NCBI GenBank assembly: GCA_023231475.1
Contig: JALJEE010001769.1
Coordinates: 1-54,739, forward strand
Source: Seison nebaliae
Lineage: Eukaryota
Direction of reading: 5' to 3'
Length of the DNA stretch: 54,739 nt
Shown: in pieces, positions 33,056-46,419 of the stretch
Layout: every line of letters begins with the position of its first letter
Numbering within the stretch: the stretch's first letter is position 1
Notes under the pieces: generated by a model
Told to the model about the DNA's origin: nothing
Database searches by the model: none
What the model saw: only the letters and a program-made list of their open reading frames with translations
Program-made: the position numbers and the translations under genes

Positions 33056-36000
33056 ATGTCTACACTCAATTTGACATCAAATCGTCCAGAAGAATTGAGT
33101 CATGTATCATCGATTGTACGAAAAGCGACTGATCGTCAACCATATAATAAACCGATAACTAATAATTCAGCAAAAATTCGAATTCACGAAGATTACAATA
33201 ATGGGAAAGCGCCATTAGATCTGTATGAAGATATTCCAGTTGATGGACGAACGCATCGATATCATGGCGGCAATAGTGATGTTGCTGTTCAAATTGGACA
33301 TCCGAAAAAATCGGGTTCTTGGCGTTTTTCGTCGAATGTGAATGTGAAGAATTTTGAGAAAGGAAAAAATTCATCGAATCGACGTGATTCATTAGATGCG
33401 GCCATTCAATGTAATCGTGATGGAACGATGAAATCATACGACGCTGCTATTCAAGTGGACAAAACACGTAGTTCATGTTCTCGATTTAATAGTGATGTCC
33501 GTTTTCAAATTCATCCACCTAATGAAGTCAAATTAAACAATCAAGGTCCAACATTAGTCAAATGTCAGAATGTGAAGATTCAATGTAAAATTAATTGTGA
33601 TAATGGGAAGAATGATGTGGTGCCGGATGATGAATGTGCATTCGAAGAACATCGATATTCACCAAATGATCATACAGATCATAATGATTTTACAGAGCAT
33701 CATGAAGATGAATATTTCAATCGAAATGGTGATGTTAAAGAATCTGTTCGTCACACTTACGACAATTGGCATCAGAATAGGAAATCATTAAGAATTAAAA
33801 ATCGTCCATTTACCGCCGCTGGAAATAATGATTGGTCGCCGTCATTAAATGTATCAGGACATGAAACGAACACGATAGAAGAAGATACAGATGAACAGAA
33901 GAGTAAAACTATAAATTCTCATACGTTTTGTAAGAGGAAAACGAATACTCAGATGCCGGGATGTCTCACCAGTTTTACCACGAAATCGAAACAATTGAAT
34001 GAAATTGATCGAAAAGTGGAATGTGTAGGAATTCAATGTCAGTTTGGTCGTGATCAAATTTGGCGAGATATTTCTGTAACGAATGGCAATCCTCATAAAT
34101 CCATCACACCATCCGATCAACATCAGACGACGCAAACAAACGTCAGTTATTCGAATGATGATATTATTAATGGAAATGCGATTGGAATTGAAGCGCCCAA
34201 TCGAGACAAATATGCATTGAATGTTGACGTTCGAGTGAATGTTAAAAAGGATCAAGATGAATCGAATGCTGTCGCTTGTCAAGTCTTTTATGATCAATGT
34301 GAATGTTGGCAATATCCGAATGAGAATGAAGACAAAAGAATTAAGAGAAATAATAAAGATAATTCATGTTCTATTCAAACGAATATTTCATATGCAGCAC
34401 CATATGATATCGATATGGAAGAGGAGACATTTGAAGAAGATATCTGCTCATCCAGTAAACGACAAATGCTTCAACGATTATCTTTCCTTCGTTCAGATAA
34501 TGATTCAACGGAGAATAGTAAAGATTCCGAATCAACAACAGAATATGAAGAAATCGTTTTACATGACGGTACACGTCATCGTATCAAAAAAGAAAAGAAG
34601 ACGAAGAGATTGAAAAAGAAGTCGACGGTGCAAGAAGTGGAAGAAGAAGAAGAAACGAAAGTAAGTAAGAAAAAGAAGAGATTAATACGCGAACGAGTTA
34701 TCGAAGGTACATCAGAAGAAATAACAGATGAACAAACGAATGGCAGTCGAGAAACTACACCAGACGGAGACAAGAAAGTCATTTATCGAAGGAAGAAACG
34801 TTTAAACGATCATGAAAAACGACATCGTCATCGTCCTAAAAGTTCTACGAATGTCGATGTTAATATCGATATTCATGATCGGATACATTGCGAGAAGAAT
34901 CGTCGTTCTCAATCAGAAGATGGTGATAGTGATTCGACGAGAACAAAGAAACGACGTCAAAGAGAACGAAATCGACAACATCATCATGATGGAGATGATG
35001 ATATGAATCCGGATGATTATGAAAATGAATTTAGTGATGAAGATCCAGATCGAGATTTCGATAAACAAAAACCTGACGACTCTGATAAAGATCAATATGA
35101 AGGTCCTGAAGGGGAGAGATATATCGATCCTAATAAACGAAAATCTGATGATTCTGATGGAGAGAGATATACCGATCCCAATAAACGAAAATCTGATGAT
35201 TCTGATGGAGAGAGATATGCAGATCCCAATAAACGTATATATGATGATCGTGATGGAAAAAGATATGGTGATGATATTAAACATGATCCAATTAGAGATG
35301 ATTCAAACAGATATGGACCAGGTAAAGATGGTTCAGATAGACACGGTCCGAGACGAGACAATTTAGATAGAGATGTTCGAAGTAGAGATGATTCAGATGC
35401 CAATCGTGATAATGATGATGATAATGAAAAACCTTATAAGAAATCATCGAGACATCCAGAGGATAAAAGTAGATATTTGAAAGATAAAAATCGTTTTGAT
35501 GATCATCCAGATCGTCATGATAAAATGAGAGATGGAGGAAAATCTGATGATAATAGGGACGATGATATCGATATGGAAAAAGAACCAGAAAAACGAAGTT
35601 TTGTTAAGAATGTTTCCCTGAAACCGAGATTGGTAAGAGAGTCAAAGAAACCATCTAGAACATACGAAGATGATGGAGATAAAGAAGGAGAAGATCCATA
35701 TGATGATGGAGACAGGAGAAGACGACAAGATGATTTGGATGAAGAGCCATCGATTGATGTTAATGTCAATACGAATTATCGACGAACATATGAACCAAAT
35801 GAAGAAAGTGATAATGATCAGAAGAAGAAGAGAAAGGACCAAACTCTAAAGAATAAACCAGAATCTGATTATGAGGATGATATTGATGAAGAAGATGATG
35901 ATGATAATAATGATAATTTGAGAAGAGATCCAAAGAAGAAAGAAACATTCCCAATTAAAACAAAGAAACGATATGGAGAAGATGAAGGATTTGAATCGAA

Positions 36001-39000
36001 AGATAAACCGAGTAAAAATCGATATCCTGAAGATGATATTTCTGATCATATTCGTCCATATGATAAAATACCATCACGAACTGATGATAAAGAACCATAC
36101 GATACGAGTATAGATAAGAAAACTTATTCGAGAAGGAAACCGTTCGATGGTGAGAATTTCAAATCTATTTATGATGATGATGGTGTGGAACGGCCATTAA
36201 TGCCGGAACCATATCGAAGTAGATATGATGGTGAACCGGACAACGGCGTCGAATATCGAAGAATGAAAAGTGATCAAACTCCTTTATCATCGCGATGGAA
36301 GACACCATCGTCAAGTAGGAAAACTGATGATGATTATGATCATCCATCTGATCAATTCGATATTCCACAACGACGACCACCTCGTGACAATATTGACGAT
36401 GATAATAATCGAAATATTTATGAATCATTCAATGAACCATCAACAGATGAACATCATATTACCACACCAGAGAGTGAACGGAAAAATGATGGATCTGATA
36501 AATTCTCACCACAATCTAATGTGAATAAGAAGAATCGAAATAGAATTCCATCACGAAATCATATTGTCGACAAAAGTATTCCAGAAGAACCTGATGATGA
36601 TGAGAGAAGAGTATTGAAGAAAAATGGTCGAAAGAAACTTCCAGAAAAATTTAATGATGATGATAACCACGATAATAATAAATTGAGAGATGAAGATAAA
36701 GTGTCATTAGATCATCGGAAACAACCGGAAGTGGAAGAAAGAAGACAAAATAGAAAATCAATTCCATCAGACGATGGTGATACAAGTAGAAATGATAAGA
36801 AATATGGAACATCTTTGGATAAATCGAAAACATTAGATGAAACTGATCTTCCTAGTCATCGTAGAAAACCATCAGATAAAGATGGAAAGAATGATGATGA
36901 TGATGTCTATTTAACACCGACAAATGATCGAAAGAAGAAATTGGAAAAACTTCTAAACAATAAACCTTCACCAGATGAGAGAATTGATTCAGATAAAGGA
37001 AAGAATAAACCATATGGTGGTGGTTATGATAAAGAAGATGATCGACCAAAACCAGGTTCGTTGAACGAAAAACGAAAAGCTTTCAGTAAACCAGATGATA
37101 TCGATGAATCATCAATACCATCATCTCATCCATCAAAACGTGGAGGTGAGAAATGGCGAAAAGCAAAACCAGATCAGAATGATCAACCAGATGGTGATCA
37201 AAGTGATTCGAGAGATAGATCTCGTTCAGATAAAGATGTGAGTGAAAGAATACCAGAATATGACGAAGATGATGATATTGGTCGACCGAAAGAGAGATCA
37301 AAGAAACCGAAAGATGGAGAAAAGAAGAAACGAGTGAAAGATGTTGATGAAATATTGTCAGACATATCTTATGAAGATGATGATGGTAAAAAAGATGATT
37401 GTGATGACTGGAAAGATTCTGATGGTAAAGATGACGGAGATAAAGTCAACGTTAATGTTGATGTTAATGTAACGAAGGAGTATGTCCATGATGATGATAA
37501 TGATGATTTTGTTAAAGAGAAGAAGAAGAAGAAAACGAAGAAACCACTCGAATCTGAAGATGACGACGATTTCGATGATGATGCTGATGATGACGATGAT
37601 GATATTTATGAAGAGAAACCAAGTCGTTCAAAAGATGGGAAAGAAAAAAAGATTAAAGGAGACAAACCGACTGATAGAAAAGATGGTGACGATTTCCGTA
37701 AGATTCGGAAACAATATGAGACGAACAAATTCGAAAAACCATCAGATGATAAACCGAAAGATGTTCGCACTGACAGAAAACCATCATGGGAAGGTCAACC
37801 AATAAGTGAACGTCGAATGATGTTTGATGATAAACCGAATGATAAATCAAAAGAAGAAATTTCATCTACCGATCGTCCGAGAAAGAAGTGGCAACCGAAA
37901 AAGAAAGACATCGTTCCAGATATCGAATCAGAAAAGAAAGAAGATCAAAAATATCGAACATTATCAAAACCTGATTCGATAAGCAGTGTTGATATCGATG
38001 TCAAAAATGAACGGGATAAAGATGAACGAATATTCTGTAAAAAAACTGTAGAGCCTCAACGTCAAGTTGGAGAGAGTTATGATTCAGACAACGATAATGA
38101 TGATGGAAATGATGATGATGATAATTTGAGAGATTATTATAAAAAGAAACCATCTGACGTCGATAAAAAACCAGAAAGGAAATCGAAACCTTTTCGTACG
38201 GAAGAAGATCATGAAGGAATTCCTAAGAAAACTCGTTTTGAAAAGAGGATTTCTCAACCGATTGAACATGACGAAAGAGATAATGATGATGAGAGAGATG
38301 ACAACAAATGGAAACCGAACGATTATGCTGATATTGCAAACGATGGAAATGGGCGAGGTGGATCGAGAGATACGAAAATTGATGTTTCAATTGAGAATGA
38401 TATTTATCCGAATGGACAAACATTCACCAATTGGAAAATGGATCAAGATGGTAAGAGAGTTGACGGATGTGAAGATGAGAGACCGAGACCATCAAAAAGA
38501 ACTTTCTCAAAAGATCAGAAAAAACCGTCCGATCATGATGATGGTGATGTTACTTATGATACATTAGATAATAGTGTTGAAAATAAAAATAAGAGAAATC
38601 TCCCGTCGAAAAATAATCGTCGTGATGGCGATCGACGAATTACGACAGATTCAGATGATTTGGATCGTATTGAGAAGAAATCATCAAATGATTTTTACAG
38701 TCGACCAAAGAAACTTTATGATGATAATGATGAAATGAAGAAAGGAAATTTACCAGATTCAAAAAAATCTTATCTATTCGAAGATACAACTACTCCATTA
38801 GTAGGAGATGACAACGAAAAAGCATATGGACATCCAGATAAGAATAAGTATGATGGCGACAATGAAAAGAATGAGAAAAATTTAGATGATATAAATCGAA
38901 AGAAATCAAATGAGAAAACTCCATCAAATTTCCGTGAACGACAAAAAATGTTCGATTCAACAATTCCTTCGAATTCATCGACGGATATAGATGGAAAACC

Positions 39001-39584
39001 GACGGACGACGAAAGAAGACAACCACGCAAACTTTCAAAAGATTTCAAAGGAGGAGAAGATAAGCCAAGAGATGTGAGGAAAATATTCGAAGGGAAAGAT
39101 GCTCCAAACATTCCATCAGATGATGGAAAATTGAAGGAAAATAGAAAACCGAATAAATCGTTCGATGAAGCAAGAAAAGCAATGAATAATCATTTGAAGA
39201 GATGGCAAGAAAGGAATGACGATAATGATGTGAAGAAACCGATTAGTAACGGAAGAGATAGATCGAATGACAATTCACCATTTCCAACAAATTCCTGGAA
39301 AAATAAAGAGGAGAAACCATCGAAACCATCATCTTCTTCGCCAATTAAACAAATGCCGAAGAAGCAATCTTACTTCTCTGAAGATTCCGAGAAGGATGAA
39401 ATGAAACGTCATCCGAAAACTATCTCTTCTATCGATCTGATACCGAATGACACTTTGCCTCAACTCCGAAAAGTTTCCTCCATCGACATTGAGCCATCCT
39501 CGCCAAATATTCAGATGAAACGTGAAATTGCCCCAACTAACCGACATATGACAACTCCCGTCTATGATAATAATCGAACACCAG
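33056..39584 (+). CDS. Giant gene exon 1 (xxIQx motif array; D/K/R-rich disordered region)
   Basis: 2237-codon ORF in the track; coding-like composition ends at donor CCAG|GTACTC. Confidence 0.9.
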
Positions 39585-42500
39585 GTACTCATCCAATCCC
39601 AATTTCCATAATAATCACAAATTTATGGAATATTTTCAAATTTTTTATTTTTCCGGTGAAAGATCATAACAATCATTTTTTCTTCTTTTTCATTAAAAAA
39701 CAAAAAAAAAACAAATTAAAATTCGCTTCTTCTTTTTCTTTCACTAATCTTAATAACAATATTGAATAATATGAATCGAAATTGAATTGGAATCATTTAT
39801 TTTGCAGGTGCAAGTGACATCAACAATTTAGTAGATACGAATGATCGTAGATTAAATACACCATCGAAACCGTCATCTGATGATAGTCATGGAGCAGACA
39901 AAGTTTCGAATTATATTTGTTCGAAATTAAGAGATTTACGAAATGAAATGGAACAAGACGATAAAGATGATCGTTCTCCATTACGTCGACGATATGATGA
40001 TCGATCAGATCGATCACCATCTCCCACTGATAAGAATAGTTCGATTGTGGACAAATCGAAAAAATTCCCCGACGATAACGTGAATACGGTGGAGAATGTT
40101 CGATCGAATTTGAGACGGGTAATTCCTGAAAATGATATTGAGAAGAATCGAGATAGGAGTAGTGATCGAAGGAAATATCGTAATGAGAATCAGCCGGAAA
40201 ATAATGTTAATTTTAAGAAGATTAGTCTTAAGCCTGTGTCCAATGAGATGAGATCTCCATTGGCTGATGTGAAATTCGAAAATGAATTACGTGAGAAATA
40301 TGAAGAGAAACAACGACGACGTGAAGAACGAGATGCATCTGAATCGATATCGGACAAATTGAGTAATTATGATGATAGTGCATATCATTCGAAGAAACAA
40401 CCGACAGATAATGATCCAATTCAATCATCAATCGATATCGAACGTCCATGGAAGAAGATGTATGAAGAGAAAACCAATGAATCAGATAATAAACTTAGTC
40501 GTTTCTTACCCAAATTCCAAAGTGACTTAATCAACGAAACACCAACATCATTTAGTGAATCGATCGATAGATTGGAAGGTGATGATATGCCAACTCACAG
40601 TGATGTGATTGATGATGAAGAAGAAGATATTGACGATGATGAAGACGAAGAAGTTCCGTTATCGTTCGATAAAGATGGAAATCAAGTGAAACCTTTAGAT
40701 TCGTTTTATATTCCAACAAATTCTCGAGATTTCTATTTGTTGGAAGATTCGAGTTTGGAACCGATTCTTGAAGAGGAGACATCGGGTGGAGAGAATGATG
40801 TCGTATCGAAACAATTGTCGAAGAAAGAACAAAATAATATGGAGGATCGAATGAAGAAATATCGAGAACAATTGGAGAACGATAAAATGCCGAAAGAGAA
40901 GTTCGGGAAAAATCTCGAACATAAAATGAGAAAATCATCCGATAAACCGACAAGAGAGAATAGATGGAAATCACCGGGAGAAGAAGGACGTGGAAGAAGT
41001 GAACCCGCACTTGAAGATAAGACATATGACGATGGAGATCGTTCTGGTGGAAATGGAAATTATGGTGATGGTCCAAATGACGATGGAGATCTTTCATCAA
41101 ATGGAAATGGAAATGGAAATGGAAATGGAAATTATGGTCAACAACGTGGTGATGATAGACGACATCCATCTCGAGATAATCGATCAGATGATTATCGTCG
41201 AGATGGAAGAAGACGAGATGGTCGGCGTGGCGATCGTTCATCAGAAAATTCGGATAAGTTACCGAATAATAATAATAACAAGAAATGGGCCGTTCGAAAT
41301 GATGTGGCATTACAAGTCAGTGACGATTCGGTGAGAAGTTGTCGATATAAAGTTCGTGTATCACCAGAGAATCTTCCTCATTTTAAGAATGTTCCAAAAA
41401 ATGATTTTAATTGTCAAATGGGTGATTCATATGTTCAGTATGAGGAACATAATAAGAGTAACGTATCGCCATCAATAATGAACGTCGATGGAAATAATAA
41501 TGATGATTATCCATCGTCCTTGTCGAATACATCGGGAGTATGTACGAACAAGAAAAAGGGAAATGATGACAACGCTCAACATGTTCATCATCATTATCAT
41601 CAGCATTTGTATAATTCGGAGGGAGTGCCGATTGCATCTCACACATCAACATCATTAAATGGTGAGCATTGTGGACCAGCCACTCGTTATATGAAAGAAT
41701 CGTTATCGTTATTGAAATCGATTCATCAACGTTTGACAAATTTGGAGAATGTGTATGATCCAGAGAACGAGTCATATGATCATTCAAAATGTATGAACAA
41801 AGACATTACAGATAATGAGAAGGAATGTATTAAGATTATTAAAGATAGTTTAGAAATTTTAAAACGGATCGATCAACGTTTATTACAATTGGAGAATAGT
41901 GCTTCACCCAAACTTAATAAACGACTACAATCAGCTTTCTATGACACAAGAAAACATTTGAACAAAATTGACGAACGTATTACCGATTTGATACAAAACG
42001 GTTGTGATCGTGATCATAAATTAGTGAAGGATATTCTCACCGATATAATGAATTGTCTCAAATCGTTAGATGAACGAACGAAAGAATTCAGCTCAACATC
42101 CAATGAAGATATTTCATCCTCTCATCCATCAAGTCCAAAAAATCGATGTCGATCAGTCGATTGTCGAAAGAAGGATGATATTAATTCCACATTCGATACT
42201 GTTCGACGATATGCACGAAGTGTAGATCAACGTCTAGCCAATTTGTCGAAAGATGATTCAGTCGATCATCTGAAAGATTCTATCGATCATACAATCGATG
42301 TATTGAAAGAATTGGATAATCAGATTCAATCATTGGAAAGTGAAACTAATGGAACGAATTCGACAGACGAAGAACGAAACGGAAAATTAGAGAAGATTGA
42401 AGATTTGTTGGGAGACGCATCGAAACAGATTCAAGAAACGGATAAAGAATTGAAGAAATTAAGTTCGTTGCCATTGGATGATGTGGAGAAGATTGGACCA

Positions 42501-43105
42501 TTGAAACAATTGAAGAATGAATTGTTGAAGAGTACGAACATTTTGATTGATATCGATCGAAGATTAGATCGATTACAACCATCACCGAATGTAAGAAGTC
42601 GATCATGTGACAAACGGCCAATAGATGATATTATTCGAAAGAATTTGGAATATCTTCATAATATCGATGATCGAACGAGAAATCTGGATGAACAATTGGA
42701 ATCGATTAATCGGAATGATATCAATGATATGGATTCGATAAAAGAATTATTGGGCCGTATTAGCCATGCATTATATGTGATCAATACAGCATTAAATGAA
42801 TTAGAAGATCGACTCGACTTCCCCAAAGAATCGACGAATGAAATGAGGAATATGATTGATGATACAATCGATCGTTTTCGACGAATTGACAAGCATTTCA
42901 GTGAAATTGAGGAGAATGATGATTTGAGAGATGATACGAGAGATGGGAGAGATAAGAATAATTATGATGATGATAGAAATTATGATAATAGAATTGATAA
43001 TAAGAGACGTAGTAAGAATATTAACGAAGATAGATATCCTAATGAATATGTTCGTAATCCATCTTATGACGATGATAATGAAGAGTTACAACGACGACGA
43101 CGACG

Positions 43106-43148
<43 letters not shown>

Positions 43149-46100
43149 CGGCAAAAAGACCAACAGCAACAGCCAACAACGGGTCGACATGGAGAGAGAA
43201 TCTATACACCAACAACGATGTCGACACCATTACGTCATGGTGAGAAGGAGAACATGTCGACCAATTCACTTCCTAGTCAAGAAGAGATTGAGGAGAGCCT
43301 TGGCGAAACAACACGTTGGTTACACCATCTTGGCAATCAATTGAAAAGTCTTGATTCAGATCTCGTAAAAGACGAAAATATTGATGAAATGGATCAATCA
43401 CAAAATAAAGAACGTTCCATCGAACAAAGCAAACATCGGGATACGCCAATGAATGAATTTGATTCATTGAAGCACGATCTTGACCAGCAGCAAAAACAAC
43501 AGTCAAATATCGATCGCTCTTATCAGAAGATGGATCGAGATGATTCTTATCAGAAATCTGATACTGAAGCACCGCCCAATTACGATGGTCGACGTAGCAC
43601 GGATGACTATAGTAAGAAAGTCGCCACACCTAAACACAGTACACCGTTACCGCAAGAATTGAAAGGATCAGAATTACCTGATCATAAATGGAGTAGTCAT
43701 CGACGACGAACATCAGATGAGGAAAAAGAGGATAACGTGATTAAATATAAGGAGAAATATGAAGAAGAAGATGCGGTTGAACATCGATCATCATCTCCCA
43801 CCACATCAGTCACCACTCGCACCACTCGACGAGTGACAGAAGAAGTAGAAACTCGTGAAACAGTTGAACCATATTCATCAACACCGGACGATAATTATCG
43901 TTCGAATGATGATATTTATGAGGAGAAAGATGCGAATGATCAATATTTAACTGACGACGTATTACCAGATGGAACGAAATCAGATTATCGTTCAATGACA
44001 GGTGATCAGACATTATCGGACAGGAATGATGAAATGAAAGATAAACAAAAATATTTTGATGGTGATGATTCATTTCATCAACAATCATCTTATTCATCAC
44101 GAGGACCCACCGATAACTTCAACGATACACAATTATATTCAGCTGAGACTCAATCGAATCATGAGCAGGATGGAGATAAAAATGCATCAGATAATGGTGA
44201 ATGGGAGAATTTCCCATCTCAAAATTATATTCAACAATCAAGAAGTGGAAGTGATGGACCACGAATTCATTTTCCCGCCAATTCTAACGAATCGGTTCAA
44301 GATGAAGATGGTCTGGACCATCAGAATTATGATGAGCAATTTTGTGGAATTGCTGATTTCAAACAGAATGCCAATCGAATAATAATCGAAGTGCAAGATG
44401 GTGAAATTCATGAATATAAAGGACATAATGTTATCGCTCATTATTTCTCTCCCGAGAACTTGTCATTAGCCAATCGAGAAAACGAAGAATTACCACAAAG
44501 AATTATTGATAATTTAACATTTAAGATCGTATGTGTCAGTTGTCCAACTGAACAAGTCAATGCATTCTCCCTCAAATTGAAATCGACGAAAGTGAAAGAT
44601 GAAGCAATGTCTCGTCTACCTGATTTAGAAGAACAGAAAGAAGATTTCATCAAAATGGAATATTATGATGTTGAAGGAAATATCATTAAAGTCGAATATA
44701 TTCAAGCGAAACATCTGCCACTCATTCTCCAGATGGAATATCGTCGAAAGAATGCCACTGATCAACAATTGCAAGATATCGCTGTTCTGGCCGTCGATCA
44801 CGCTTATCGACGACATCTATTAGATCACAACCGATATCTGAGTGAGAAGAACAATGAAATAAGGAAATTAATTCCATTAACAGAAATCATTTTCGACGAC
44901 GAAACATTGGAACCGCTAGAGAAACCACATTCTCGAACTGATTTAGCGACATCAGACCTCGAATTAAAAACGGCGTTCGACGTCCTCGCACCACATTCCG
45001 ATGTAATTAAGAAATTGTTGAAGTTCGACGAAACGGCATCAATCAGTGACGATCAATCGATTAGTGATGAAGATTCGCCAAACGACGATTATGGTAGGAA
45101 GAATCGGTTAGAAATTTATCTCTCTCGAAAATCGTAAAATTCCAAGACTAAATTAATTGTCGATAATTTAATGAGAGAGAGAGAGAGAGAGAGAGAGAAG
45201 AATTGGAGAGATAATTGAATTTCTTTAAAAAAAATTTAATTATTTCTCGAACGAACTAGATTGAGAAAAATTTAATTGTCATCAATAGTCAGAGATGGAT
45301 TCGATTGCGTCATTTAGTTGAAAAGGAAGGTGATTATTGAGATTCATAAATTAACGAACCTAACTGATTTTAAAGGACAAGGTATAAAGTGTCGTAGTTA
45401 ATTTTCATAGTTATGAGTTGGTCACAAATTTGATAGTCGACCCCGTGTTAATTGGGAATGAATTGGTTCTATCCATTCGATAATGTGGACAAGTCTCGTG
45501 AAATGGTGCTATTCGTTTAACAAATATTTATATATAAATTCGATTTCTTATTAGCTGAATATCATATCGTTTATTCTCGATCGATTTGGATCTCACATAT
45601 TTGGAAATATTTGGGAAGTTATTGATCATTGGAGAAGAGTATGTAATGTTACCGTTTTAATTTTCAACAATATTATGGATTAGAATATGGAATTCTAATG
45701 ACAAAAAAAATTTACGAAAAAAACGTTTCAATAAAAATTTTTGGGAGACGAAAAGTTGTTTATTAGCGAACTATTATCGAATGTTACGATCTAAATCAAA
45801 AATGTATTTTGATATCTATTCAAGCGGAATTTGAGCGGAAGATGAATGATTGATAACAGTTGAGTAGAGAATGTATTTCAATCAAGAGATGAGCGTGAAA
45901 TGAGATAAGTTGAATGTTTACCTTCAACCATTTAATGGATTTCTTGACGATATGGATCGTATATTCGAAGTTGGAAATGAAAAGTAAAAAATATATTTCG
46001 TTCTTCTCATTATATGTCGTCGTTGATGGTGTAGTAGATTTTTTGGTTTTTCGTTTATTGGATAATTTAGAATGATTTTATCGAGATGTGCTTATCTCGT

Positions 46101-46375
46101 AACGTAAATAATAATATTTATTTGTTACATCAATTATGTAATTGGAGATGGATGGGAACGTGTGAGATGATGATGCATTCACATTTCTTTTTATTTCCGA
46201 TGTGTCAAATCGAATAATTCAATATTTTATATTGTTCTTGTTGTTGTTGGTGTAAGGTGGATGATGATGATAATGATAATGATGATTATTCTTTAATATT
46301 CGATTATCAATTAACAATTGTCAAAATTAGAAAGAATTAGAAGAATTTATATAAACGAATATCTGTTTGTGTCTA

Positions 46376-46419
<44 letters not shown>

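Noticed and set aside
39585..39769. Hydrophobic 'transmembrane-like' end of the 2237-aa ORF
   Set aside because: Lies after a good donor in T/A-rich sequence; best explained as intron read-through.
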